Source: the human T2T-CHM13v2.0 reference genome, Homo sapiens
NCBI RefSeq assembly: GCF_009914755.1
Contig: NC_060933.1
Reading direction: 5' to 3' (one strand)
Length of the DNA stretch: 64,000 nucleotides
Shown here: positions 27,201-41,585 of the stretch, piece by piece
Numbering within the stretch: position 1 is the first letter of the stretch
Layout of the letters: each line of letters begins with the position of its first letter
The notes under the pieces: generated by a model
Told to the model about the DNA's origin: nothing
What the model saw: only the letters and a program-made list of their open reading frames with translations
Databases searched by the model: none
Program-made: the position numbers and the translations under genes

Positions 27201-30200
27201 TTTGCATTCCATTCCATTCCATTCCCCTGTACTCGGGTTGATTCCATTCCATTCCATTCCAATCCATGCCATTCCACTCGTGTTGATTCCATTCTTTCCA
27301 TTCCATTCAAGTTGAATCCATTCCATTGCATTCCATTCCATTCGATTCCATTCGATTGCACTCGGGTTGATTCCATTCCATTGCATTCCATTCCATTCCA
27401 TTCCATTCCATTCCATTCCATTCCATTCCATTCCGTTCCATTCCATTCCATTACATTCGGATTAATTCTATTCAATTCCCTTACACTCCATTATATTCCA
27501 TTCCATTCGGGTAGTTTCCATTCCATTCCATTCCATTCCTCTCCATTCCATTGCACTCGGGTTGACTGCATTCCATTGCATTCCATTCCATTCCATTCAA
27601 TTCCATTCCGTTCCATTCCATTCCATTATATTCGGATTGATTCTATTCAACTCCCGTACTCTCCATTACTTTCGATTCCATTCGGGTTGTTCTATTCCAT
27701 TCCATTCCATTCCACTCCATTCCATTGCACTCGGGTTGATTCCATTCCATTCCATTCCATTCCGGAAGATTCCATTCCATTGCATTCCCTTACATTCCAA
27801 TCCCCTGCACTCGCGTTGATTCCATTCCATTCCATTCCATTCCATTCCATTCCATTCCATTCCTTTCCGTTCCATTCCATTGCATTAAATTCCATTCCAT
27901 TCCATTCCATTCCATTCCGTTCCGTTCCGTTCCATTCCATTCCATTCCATTCTTTTCGGGTTAATTCCATTCCATTCCATTCCATTGCAATCGAGTTGAT
28001 TCCATTCCATTCCATTCCATTCCATTCCATTCCATTCCTTTCCATTCCATTACGGATGATTCCATTCCATTGCATTCCATTCCATTCCATTCCCCTGTAC
28101 TCGGGTTGATTCCATTCCATTCCATTCCAATCCATGCCATTGCACTCGTGTTGATTCCATTCTTTCCATTCCATTCAAGTTGAATCCATTCCATTGCATT
28201 CCATTCCATTCCATTCCATTCCCCCGCAGTCGGGTTGATTCCATTCTATTCCATTCCATTCCATTCCGTTCCTTTCCATTTAATTCCATACCATTCTATT
28301 CGGGTTAATTCCATTCCATTCCATTCCATTCCATTCCATTCCATTCCAATCGAGTTGATTCCATTCCATTCCATTCCATTCCATTCCACTCCATTCCAGT
28401 CCTTTCCATTCCATTCCCCTCGGGTTGATTCCAATGTATTCCTTTCCATTCCATTCCATTTCATTGCAATCGAGTTGATTCCATTTCTTTGCATTCCATT
28501 CCATTCTATTCCATTCCGGATGATTCCATTCCATTGCATTCCATTCCATTCCATTCCCATGCACACGGGTTGATTCCATTCCATTCCACTCCATTCCGTT
28601 CCATTCCATTCCATTCCGTTGTATTCGGGTTAATTCCATTCCATTCCATTCCATTCCATTCCATTCCATTCCAATCCATTACAATCGAGTTGATTCCATT
28701 CCATTCCATTCCATTCCATTCCATTCCATTCCAGTCCTTTCCATTCCATTCCACTCGGGTTGATTCCATTCTATTAGTTTCCATTCCATTCCATTCCCTT
28801 CCATTCCACTCTGGTTGATTCCATTCCTTTCCATTCCACTCGAATACATTCCCTCCTATTCCACTCGGAACGATTCCATTCCATTCCATTCCATTTCGTT
28901 CCATTCCATTCCATTCCATTCTATTCCGTACCATTCCATTCCATTCCATTCCTTTCCATTCCATTCCATTCCACTCGTGTTGATTCCATTCCTTTCCATT
29001 CCACTCGAATACATTCCCTCCTATTCCACTCGGAACGATTCCATTCCATTCCATTCCATTTCGTTACATTCCATTCTATTCCGTACCATTCCATTCCATT
29101 CCATTCCATTGCATTCCATTCCATTCCATTCCATTGTACTCGGGTTGATTCCATTCCATTGCATTCCATTCCATTCCATTCCATTCCATTCTATTCCATT
29201 CCATTACGTTGCATTCCATTCCATTACATTAGGATTGATTCTATTCAACTCACTTACTCCCCATTACATTCCATTCCATTCGGGTTGTTCCATTCCATTC
29301 CATTCCATTCCACTCCATTCCATTGCACTCGGGTTGATTCCATTCCATTCCATTCCCTTCCATTCCATTCCATTCCGGATAATTCCATTCCATTACATTC
29401 CGTTCCATTACATTCCCCTGCACTCGCGTTGATTCCATTCCATTCCATTCCGTTCCATTCCATTCCATTCCATTCCATTCGATTCCGTTCCTTTCCATTC
29501 CGTTCCATTCCATTCTATTCGGGTTAATTCCATTCCATTCCATTCGATTGCAATCGAGTTGATTACATTCCATTCCATTCCATTCCATTCGATTCCATTC
29601 GATTGCACTCGGGGTGATTCCATTCCATTGCATTCCATTCTATTCCATTCCATTCCATTCCATTCCATTCCATTCCATTCCATTCAGTTCCATTCCTTTC
29701 CATTACATTCGTATTGATTCTATTCAATTCCCTTACACTCCATTACATTCCATTCCATTCGGGTAGTTTCCACTCCATTCCATTCCATTCCTCTCCATTC
29801 CATTGCACTCGGGTTGATTCCATTCCATTGCATTCCATTCCATTCCATTCAATTCCATTCCGTTCCATTCCATTCCATTCCATTACATTCGGATTGATTC
29901 TATTCAACTCCCTTACACTCCATTACATTCCATTCCATTCGGGTTGTTCCATTCCATTCCATTCCATTCCACTCCATTCCATTGCACTCGGGTTGATTCC
30001 ATTCCATTCCATTCCATTCCATTCCGGAAGATTCCATTCCATTGCATTCCATTACATTCCATTCCCCTGCACTCGCTTTGATTCCATTCCATTCCATTCC
30101 ATTCCATTCCATTCCGTTCCGTTCCGTTCCATTCCATTCCATTCCATTCCATTCCATTCCGTTCCGTTCCATTCCATTCCATTCCATTCTATTCGGGTTA

Positions 30201-32670
30201 ATTCCATTCCATTCCATTCCATTCCATTCCATTCCATTCCGGAAGATTCCATTCCATTGCATTCCATTCCATTCCATTCCCCTGCACTCGCGTTGATTCC
30301 ATTCCATTCCATTCCATTCCATTCCATTCCATTCCATTCCATTCCTTTCCGTTCCATTCCATTGCATTCCATTCCATTCCGTTCCGTTCCCTTCCGTTCC
30401 GTTCCATTCCATTCCATTCCATTCTATTCCGGTTAATTCCATTCCATTCCATTCGACTACAATCGAGTTGATTCCATTCCATTCCATTCCATTCCATTCC
30501 ATTCCATTCCATTCCTTTCCATTCCATTCCGGATGATTCCATTCCATTGCATTCCGTTCCATTACATTCCCCTTCACTGGCGTTGATTCCATTCCATTCC
30601 ATTCCATTCCATTCAATTCCATTCCATTACAATTCGTTCCATTCCATTCTATTCCGTACCATTCCATTCCATTCCATACCATTCCATTCCATTCCATTCC
30701 ATTCCATTCCGTTCCATTACGTTCCATTCCATTCCATTCCATTCTATTTGGGTTAATTCCATTCCATTCCATTCCATTCCATTCCATTCTATTCCATTCC
30801 ATTGCAATCGAGTTGAATCCATTGCATTTCATTCCATTCCATTCCATTCCATTCCATTCCATTCCGGAAGTTTCCATTCCATTGCATTCCATTCCATTCC
30901 ATTCCCTGCACTCGCGTTGATTCCATTCCATTCCATTCCATTGCATTCCATTCCATTCCGTTCCGTTCCGTTCCGTTCCGTTCCATTCCATTCCATTCCG
31001 TTCCGTTAAGTTCCATTCCATTCCATTCCATTCTATGCGGGTTAATTCCATTCAATTCCATTCGATTGCAATCGAGTTGATTCCATTCCATTCAATTCCA
31101 TTCTATTCCATTCCTTTCCATTCCATTACGGATGATTCCATTCCATTGCATTCCATTCCATTCCATTCCCGTGTACTCGGGTTCATTCCATTCCATTCCA
31201 TTCCAATCCATGCCATTCCACTCGTGTTGATTCCATTCTTTGCATTCCATTCAAATTGAATCCATTCCATTGCATTCCATTCCATTCCATTCCCCTGCAG
31301 TCGGGTTGATTCCATTCCATTCCATTCCATTCCATTCCATTCCACTCCAATCAAGTTGATTCCATTCCATTCCATTCCATTCCATTCCATTCCATTCTAT
31401 TCCATTCCACTCCATTCCAGTCCTTTCCATTCCATTCCACTCGGGTTGATTCCAATGTATTCCTTTCCATTCCATTCCATTCCATTGCAATCGAGTTGAT
31501 TCCATTTCTTTGTATTCCATTCCATTCCATTCCATTCCGGATGATTCCATTCCATTGCATTCCATTCCATTCCATTCCTCTGCACTCGGGTTGATTCCAT
31601 TCCTTTCCACTCCATTCCATTCCATTCCATTCCATTCCATTGTATTCGGGTTAATTCCATTCCATTCCATTCCATTCCATTCCATTCCAGTCCGTTCCAT
31701 TCCATTCCAGTCGGGTTGATTCCATTCTATTAGTTTCCATTCCATTCCATTCCCTTCCATTCCACTCTGGTTGATTCCATTCCTTTCCATTCCACTCGAA
31801 TACATTCCCTCCTATTCCACTCGGAACGATTCCATTCCATTCCATTCCATTCCATTCCATTCCATTCCATTCCATTTCGTTCCATTCCATTCTATTCCGT
31901 ATCATTCCATTCCATTCCATTCCATTCCATTCCATTCCATTCCATTCCATTCCATTGTAGTCGGGTTGATTCCCTTCCATTGCATTCTATTCCATTCCAT
32001 TACATTCCATTCCGTTGCATTCCATTCCATTACATTCGGATTGATTCTATTCAACTCCCTTACTCTCCATTACATTCCATTCCATTCGGGTTGTTCCATT
32101 CCATTCCATTCCATTCCACTCCATTCCATTGCACTCGGGTTGATTCCATTCCATTCCATTCCATTCCGTTCCATTCCGGATGATTCCATTCCATTGCATT
32201 CCGTTCCATTACATTCCCCTGCACTCGCGTTGATTCCATTCCATTCCATTCCATTCCATTCCATTCAATTCCATTCCATTACAATTCGTTCCATTCCATT
32301 CTATTCCGTACCATTCAATTCCATTCCATACCATTCCATTCCATTCCATTCCATTCCATTCCGTTCCATTCCGTTCCATTCCATTCCATTCCATTCTATT
32401 CGGATTAATTCCATTCCATTCCATTCCATTCCATTCCATTCCATTCTATTCCATTCCATTGCAATCGAGTTGAATCCATTGCATTTCATTCCATTCCATT
32501 CCATTCCATTCCATTCCATTCCGGAAGTTTCCATTCCATTGCATTCCATTCCATTCCATTCCCCTGCACTCGCGTTGTTTCCATTCCATTCCATTCCATT
32601 CCATTCCGTTCCGTTCCATTCCATTCCATTCCATTCCGTTCCGTTCCATTCCATTCAATTCCATTCAATT
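21300..32670 (+). repeat. Duplicated block ~21300-23480 vs ~30530-32670 (offset ~9.2 kb)
   Basis: Private variants shared by the two copies: CGTTAAGTTCC (~21772/31004), TATGCGGGTT (~21801/31034), CCCGTGTACTCGGGTTC (~21935/31168), TTGTAGTCGGG (~22767/31955). ORF pairs 21802/31035 and 22792/31980. Confidence 0.88.
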
Positions 32671-35600
32671 TGGGTTAATTCCATTACATTCCATTCGATT
32701 GCAATCGAGTTGATTCAATTCCATTCCATTCCATTCCATTCCATTCCATTCCATTCCATTCCTTTCCATTCCATTACGGATGATTCCATTCCATTGCATT
32801 CCATTCCATTCCATTCCCCTGTATTCGGGTTGATTCCATTCCATTCCATTCCAATCCATGCCATTCCACTCGTGTTGATTCCATTCTTTCCATTCCATTC
32901 AAGTTGAATCCATTCCATTGCATTCTTTTCCATTCGATTCCATTCGATTGCACTCGGGTTGATTCCATTCCATTGCATTCCATTCCATTCCAATCCATTC
33001 CATTCTATTCCATTCCATTCCGTTCCATTCCATTCCATTCCATTCCATTCCATTCCGTTCCATTCCATTCCACTACATTCGGATTGATTCTATTCAATTC
33101 CCTTACACTCCACTACATTCCATTCCATTCGGGTAGTTTCCATTCCATTCCATGCCATTCCTCTCCATTCCATTGTACTCGGGTTGATTCCATTCCATTG
33201 CATTCCATTCCATTCCATTCAATTCCATTCCGTTCCATTCCATTCCATTACATTCGGATTGATTCTATTCAACTCCCTTACTCTCCATTACATTCCATTC
33301 CATTCGGGTTGTTCCATTCCATTCCATTCCATTCCATTCCATTCCATTGCACTCGGGTTGATTCCATTCCATTCCATTCCATTCCATTCCATTCCATTCC
33401 ATTCCATTCCATTCTGGAAGATTCCATTCCATTGCATTCCATTCCATTCGATTCCCCTGCACTCGCGTTGATTCCATTCCATTCCATTCCATTCCATTGC
33501 ATTCCATTCCATTCCATTCCATTCCTTTCCGTTCCATTCCATTCCATTCCATTCCATTCCAATCCATTCCATTCCGTTCCGTTCCATTCCATTCCATTCC
33601 ATTCCATTCTATTCGGGTTAATTCCATTCCATTCCATTCGATTGCAATCGAGTTGATTACATTCCATTCCATTCCATTCCATTCCATTCCATTCCTTTCC
33701 TTTCCATTCCATTACGGATGATTCCATTCCATTGCATTCCATTCCATTCCATTCCCCTGTACTCGGGTTGATTCCATTCCATTCCATTCCAATCCATGCC
33801 ATTCCACTCGTGTTGATTCCATTCTTTCCATTCCATTCAAGTTGAATCCATTCCATTGCATTCCATTCCATTCGATTCCATTCGATTGCACTCGGGTTGA
33901 TTCCATTCCATTGCATTCCATTCCATTCCATTTCATTCCATTCCATTCCTTTCCATTCCATTCCATTCCATTCCATTCCATTCCATTGCAATCGGGTTGA
34001 TTCCATTCCATTCCTTTCCATTCCATTCAATTGCCTTGCATTCCTCTCAGGTTGATTACATTCCCTTCTTTCCACTCCATTACATTCCCTTCCATTCCAC
34101 TCGGAATGATTGATTCCATTCCATTCCATTCCATTTCATTGCATTGCAATCCATTCCAATCCATTCCATTCCATTCCATTCCACTCGAGTTGACTTCATT
34201 CCACTCCTTTCCATTCCATTCCATTCCTTTCCACTCGAGTTGATTCCATTCCATTCCAATCCATTGCATTCCATTCCATGCCATTCCACTTGGGTTGATT
34301 CCATTCCTTTGCATTCCATTCCATTCCATTCCATTGCATTCCATTCCATTCCATTCCGTTGCATTCCATTCCCTTACATTCGAATTGATTCTATTCAACT
34401 CCCTTACTCTCAATTACATTCCATTCCATTCGGGTTGTTCCATTCCTTTCCATGCCATTCCACTCCATTCCATTGCACTCGGGTTGATTCCGTTCCATTC
34501 CATTCCATTCCATTCCATTCCAGATGATTCCATTCCATTGCATTCCGTTCCATTACATTCCCCTGCACTCGCGTTGATTCCATTCCATTCCATTCCATTC
34601 CATTCAATTCCATTCCATTACAATTATTTCCATTCCATTCTATTCCGTACCATTCCATTCCATTCCATACCATTCCATTCCATTCCATTCCATTCCATTC
34701 CATTCCATTCCGTTCCATTCCGTTCCATTCCGTTCCATTCCATTCCATTCCATTCCATTCCATTCCATTCTATTCAGGTTAATTCCATTCCATTCCATTC
34801 CATCCCATTCTATTACATTCCATTGCAATCGAGTTGAATCCATTGCATTTCATTGCATTCCATTCCATTCCATTGCATTCCGGAAGATTCCATTCCATTG
34901 CATTCCATTCCATTCCATTCCCCTGCACTCGCGTTGATTCCATTCCATTCCATTCCATTCCATTCCGTTCCGTTCCATTCCATTCCATTCCATTCCATTC
35001 CATTTCATTCCATTCCGTTCCGTTCCATTCCATTCCATTCTATTCGGGTTAATTCCATTCCATTCCATTCCATTGCAATCGTGTTGATTCCATTCCATTC
35101 CATACCATTCCATTCCATTCCATTCCTTTCCATTCCATTACGGATGATTCCATTCCATTGCATTCCATTCCATTCCATTCCCCTGTACTCGGGTTGATTC
35201 CATTCCATTGCATTCCAATCCATGCCCTTCCACTCGTGTTGATTCCATTCTTTCCATTCCATTCAAGTTGAATCCATTCCATTGCATTCCATTCCATTCG
35301 ATTCCATTCGATTGCACTCGGGTTGATTCCATTCCATTGCATTCCATTCCATTCCATTCCATTCCATTCCATTCCGTTCCATTCCATTTCATTACATTCA
35401 GATTGATTCTAATCAATTCCCTTACACTCCATTATATTCCAATCCATTCTGGTTGTCTCCATTCCATTCCATTCCATTTCACTCCATTCCATTGCACTCG
35501 GGTTGATTCCATTCCATTCCATTCCATTCCATTCCATTCCATTCCGGATGATTCCATTCCATTGCATTCCGTTCCATTACATTCCCCTGCACTCGCATTG

Positions 35601-38600
35601 ATTCCATTCCATTCCATTCAATTCCATTCCATTACAATTCGTTACATTCCATTCTATTCCGTACCATTCCATTCCATTCCATCCCATTCCATTCCATTCC
35701 GTTCCATTCCATTCCATTCCGTTCCATTCCGTTCCATTGCATTCCATTCCATTCTATTCGGGTTAATTCCATTCCATTCCATTCCATTCCATTCTATTCC
35801 ATTCCATTGCAATCGAGTTGAATCCATTGCATTTCATTCCATTCCATTCCATTCCATTCCATTCCATTCCATTCCGGAAGATTCCATTCAATAGCATTCC
35901 ATTCCATTCCATTCCCCTGCACTCGCGTTGATTCCATTCCATTCCATTCCATTCCATTCTGTTCCGTTCCATTCCATTCCATTCCATTCCATTCCGTTCC
36001 GTTCCTTTCCATTCCATTCCATTCCTTTCTATTCGGGTTAATTCCATTCCATTCCATTCGATTGCAATCGAGTTGATTCCATTCCATTGCATTCCATTCC
36101 ATTCGATTCCATTCGATTGCACTCGGGTTGATTCCATTCCATTGCATTCCATTCCATTCCATTCCATTCCATTCCATTCCGTTCCAATCCTTTCCATTAC
36201 ATTCGGATTGATTCTATTCAATTCCCTTACACTCCATTACATTCCATTCCATTCGGGTAGTTTCGACTCCATTCCATTCCATTCCTCTCCATTCCATTGC
36301 ACTCGGGTTGATTCCATTCCATTGCATTCCATTCCATTCCATTCAATTCCATTCCGTTCCATTCCATTCCATTACATTCGGATTGATTCTATTCAACTCC
36401 CTTACTCTCCATTACATTCCATTCCATTCGGGTTGTTCCATTCCATTCCATTCCATTCCACTCCATTCCATTGCACTCGGGTTTATTCCATTCCATTCCA
36501 TTCCATTCCATTCCATTCCATTCCGGAAGATTCCATTCCATTGCATTCCATTCCATTCCATTCCCCTGCACTCGCGTTGATTCCATTCCATTCCATTCCA
36601 TTCCATTCCTTTCCGTTCCATTCCATTCCATTCCATTCCATTCCATTCCGTTCCGTTCCGTTCCATTACATTGCATTCCATTCTATTCGGGTTAATTCCA
36701 TTCCATTCCATTCGATTGCAATCGAGTTGATTCCATTCCATTCCATTCCATTCCATTCCATTCCTTTCCATTCCATTACGGATGATTCCATTCCATTGCA
36801 TTCCATTCCATTCCATTCCCCTGTACTCGGGTTGATTCCATTCCATTCCATTCCAATCCATGCCATTCCACTCGTGTTGATTCCATTCTTTCCATTCCAT
36901 TCAAGTTGAATCCATTCCATTGCATTCCATTCCATTCCATTCCCCTGCAGTCGGGTTGATTCCATTCCATTCCATTCCATTCCATTCCATTCCGTTCCGT
37001 TCCGTTCCATTCCATTCCATTCCATTCTATTCGGGTTAATTCCATTCCATTCCATTCCATTCCATTCCATTCCATTCCATTCCAATCGAGTTGATTCCAT
37101 TCCATTCCATTCCATTCCATTCCACTCCATTCCAGTCCTTTCCATTCCATTCCACTCGGGTTGATTCCAATGTATTCCTTTCCATTCCATTCCATTCCAT
37201 TGCAATCGAGTTGATTCCATTGCTTTGCATTCCATTCCATTCCATTCCATTCCGGATGATTCCATTCCATTGCATTCCATTCCATTCCATTCCCCTGCAC
37301 TCGGGTTGATTCCATTCCATTCCACTCCATTCCGTTTCATTCCATTCCATTCCATTTTATTCGGGTTAATTCCATTCCATTGCATTCCATTCCATTCCAT
37401 TCCCCTGCACTCGGGTTGATTCCATTCCATTCCACTCCATTCCGTTCCATTCCATTCCATTCCATTCCATTCCATTCCATTTCGTTCCATTTCATTCTAT
37501 TCCGTATCATTCCATTCCATTCCATTCCATTCCATTCCATTCCACTCGTGTTGATTCCATTCCTTTCCATTCCATTCGGTTTGAAGGCATTCCATTCCAT
37601 TCCATTCCATTCCATTCCATTCCATTCTATTCCATTACATTGTACTCGGGTTGATTCCATTCCATTGCATTCCATTCCATTCCATTCCATTCCATTCCTT
37701 TGCATTCCATTACATTCAGATTGATTCTATTCATCTCCCTTACTCTCCATTACATTCCATTCCATTCGTGTTGTTCCATTCAATTCCATTCAATTCCACT
37801 CCATTGCATTCCATTGCACTCCATTCCATTGCACTCGGGTTGATTCCATTCCATTCCATTCCATTCCATTCCATTCCGGATGATTCCATTCTGTTGCATT
37901 CCGTTCCATTACATTTCCCTGCACTTGCGTTGATTCCATTCCATTCCATTCAATTCCATTCCATTACAATTCGTTCCATTCCATTCTATTCCGTACCATT
38001 CCATTCCATTCCATACCATTCCATTCCATTCCATTCCATTCCATTCCATTCCGTTCCATTCCGTTCCATTGCATTCCATTCCATTCTATTCAGGTTAATT
38101 CCATTCCATTCCATTCCATTCCATTCCATTCTATTCCATTCCATTGCAATCGAGTTGAATCCATTGCATTTCATTCTATTCCATTCCATTCCATTCCATT
38201 CCGGAAGATTCCATTCCATTGCATTCCATTCCATTCCATTCCCCTGCACTCGCGTTGATTCCATTCCATTCCATTCCATTCCATTCCGTTCCGTTCCATT
38301 CCATTCCATTCCATTCCATTCCATTCCGTTCCGTTCCGTTCCATTCCATTCCATTCCATTCCATTCTATTTGGGTTAATTCCATTCCATTCCATTCGATT
38401 GCAATCGAGTTGATTCCATTCCATTCCATTCCATTCCATTCCATTCCATTCCATTACGGATGATTCCATTCCTTTGCATTCCATTCCATTCCATTCCCCT
38501 GTACTCGGGTTGATTCCATTCTATTCCATTCCAATCCGTGCCATTCCACTCGTGTTGATTCCATTCTTTCCATTCCATTCAAGTTGAATCCTTTCCATTG

Positions 38601-41585
38601 CATTCCATTCCATTCGATTCCATTCGATTGCACTCGGGTTGATTCCATTTCATTGCATTCCATTCCATTCCATTCCATTCCATTCCATTCCATTCCATTC
38701 CATTCCGTTCCATTCCATTCCATTACATTCGGATTGATTCTATTCAATTACCTTACACTCCATTATATTCCATTCCATTCGGGTAGTTTCCATTCCATTC
38801 CATTCCATTCCTCTCCATTCCATTGCACTCGGGTTGATTGCATTCCATTGCATTCCATTCCATTCCATTCAATTCCATTCCGTTCCATTCCATTCCATTA
38901 TATTCGGATTGATTCTATTCAACTCCCGTACTCTCCATTACATTGGATTCCATTCGGGTTGTTCCATTCCATTCCATTCCATTCCACTCCATTCCATTGC
39001 ACTCGGGTTGATTCCATTCCATTCCATTCCATTCCGGAAGATTCCATTCCATTGCATTCCCTTACATTCCATTCCCCTGCACTCGCGTTGATTCCATTCC
39101 ATTCCATTCCATTCCATTCCATTCCATTCCATTCCATTCCATTCCATTCCGTTCCATTCCATTGCATTCCATTCCATTCCATTCCATTCCATTCCATTCC
39201 GTTCCGTTCCGTTCCATTCCATTCCATTCCATTATTTTCGGGTTAATTCCATTCCATTCCATTGCATTGCAATCGAGTTGATTCCATTCCATTCCATTCC
39301 ATTGCATTCCATTCCATTCCATTCCATTCCATTCCTTTCCATTCCATTACGGATGATTCCATTCCATTGCATTCCATTCCATTCCATTCCCCTGTACTCG
39401 GGTTGATTCCATTCCATTCCATTCCAATCCATGCCATTCCACTCGTGTTGATTCCATTCTTTCCATTCCATTCAAGTTGAATCCATTCCATTGCATTCCA
39501 TTCCATTCCATTCCATTCCCCCGCAGTCGGGTTGATTCCATTCCATTCCATTCCATTCCATTCCGTTCCTTTCCATTTAATTCCATTCCATTCTATTCGG
39601 GTTAATTCCATTCCATTCCATTCCATTCCATTCCATTCCATTCCATTCCAATCGAGTTGATTCCATTCCATTCCATTCCATTCCATTCCACTCCATTCCA
39701 GTCCTTTCCATTCCATTCCCCTCGGGTTGATTCCAATGTATTCCTTTCCATTCCATGCCATTACATTGCAATCGAGTTGAGTCCATTTCTTTGCATTCCA
39801 TTCCATTCTATTCCATTCCGGATGATTCCATTCCATTGCATTCCATTCCATTCCATTCCCCTGCACACGGGTTGATTCCATTCCATTCCACTCCATTCCG
39901 TTCCATTCCATTCCATTCCGTTGTATTCGGGTTAATTCCATTCCATTCCATTCCATTCCATTCCAATCCATTACAATCGAGTTGATTCCATTCCATTCCA
40001 TTCCATTCCATTCCATTCCATTCCATCCCAGTCCTTTCCATTCCATTCCACTCGGGTTGATTCCATTCTATTAGTTTCCATTCCATTCCATTCCCTTCCA
40101 TTCCACTCTGGTTGATTCCATTCCTTTCCATTCCACTCGAATACATTCCCTCCTATTCCACTCGGAATGATTCCATTCCATTCCATTCCATTCCATTCCA
40201 TTTCGTTCCATTCCATTCTATTCCGTACCATTCCATTCCTTTCCATTCCTTTCCATTCCATTCCATTCCACTCGTGTTGATTCCATTCCTTTCCATTCCA
40301 CTGGAATACATTCCCTCCTATTCCACTCGGAACGATTCCATTCCATTCCATTCCATTCCATTCCATTCCATTCCATTCCATTCCATTCCATTTCGTTCCA
40401 TTCCATTCTATTCCGTACCATTCCATTCCATTCCATTCCATTCCATTCCATTCCATTCCATTCCATTGTACTCGGGTTGATTCCATTCCATTGCATTCCA
40501 TTCCATTCCATTCCATTCCATTCTATTCCATTGCATTCCGTTGCATTCCATTCCATTACATTAGGATTGATTCTATTCAACTCACTTACTCCCCATTACA
40601 TTCCATTCCATTCGGGTTGTTCCATTCCATTTCATTCCATTCCACTCCATTCCATTGCACTCGGGTTGATTCCATTCCATTCCATTCCATTCTATTCCAT
40701 TCCATTCCATTCCGGATAATTCCATTCCATTACATTCCGTTCCATTACATTCCCCTGCACTCGCGTTGATTCCATTCCATTCCATTCCGTTCCATTCCAT
40801 TCCATTCCATTCCATTCGATTCCGTTCCTTTCCATTCCGTTCCATTCCATTCTATTCGGCTTAATTCCATTCCATTCCATTCGATTGCAATCGAGTTGAT
40901 TCCATTCCATTGCATTCCATTCCATTCGATTCCATTCAATTGCACTCGGGTTGATTCCATTCCATTGCATTCCATTCTATTCCATTCCATTCCAAACCAT
41001 TCCATTCCATTCCATTCAGTTCCATTCCTTTCCATTACATTCGTATTGATTCTATTCAATTCCCTTACACTCCATTACATTCCATTCCATTCGGGTAGTT
41101 TCCACTCCATTCCATTCCATTCCTCTCCATTCCATTGCACTCGGGTTGATTCCATTCCATTGCATTCCTTTCCATTCCATTCAATTCCATTCCGTTCCAT
41201 TCCATTCCATTCCATTACATTCGGATTGATTCTATTCAACTCCCTTACACTCCATTACATTCCATTCCATTCGGGTTTTTCCATTCCATTCCATTCCATT
41301 CCACTGCATTCCATTGCACTCGGGTTGATTCCATTCCATTCCATTCCATTCCATTCTGGAAGATTCCATTCCATTGCATTCCATTACATTCCATTCCCCT
41401 GCACTCGCTTTGATTCCATTCCATTCCATTCCATTCCATTCCATTCCATTCCGTTCCGTTCCATTCCATTCCATTCCATTCCATTCCATTCCGTTCCGTT
41501 CCGTTCCATTCCATTCCATTCCATCCTATTCGGGTTAATTCCATTCCATTCCATTCCATTCCATTCCATTCCGTTCCGGAAGATT
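23580..41585 (+). repeat. Duplicated block ~23580-30250 vs ~34770-41585 (offset ~11.2-11.3 kb)
   Basis: Shared CTAATCAA (~24207/35409), CAATAGCATT (~24682/35889), TTTGAAGGC (~26318/37580), CCCCGCAGT (~28222/39519), TTAGGATTG (~29229/40561), TTCGTATTG (~29708/41040). ORF pairs 23996/35208, 25889/37091, 27312/38584, 28815/40112. Confidence 0.9.
34025..34330 (+). other. Rare divergent satellite module (TTGCCTTGCATTCC...CCTTCTTTCCAC...ATGATTGATTCC...CTCGAGTTGACTT...CTCGAGTTG); copies start at ~34030, ~42938, ~45785 and ~58387
   Basis: Seen directly at four positions, matching ORFs 34031, 42938, 45785 and 58387. Each copy carries two CTCGAG sites, a hexamer I did not notice elsewhere in the window. 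Confidence 0.85.
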
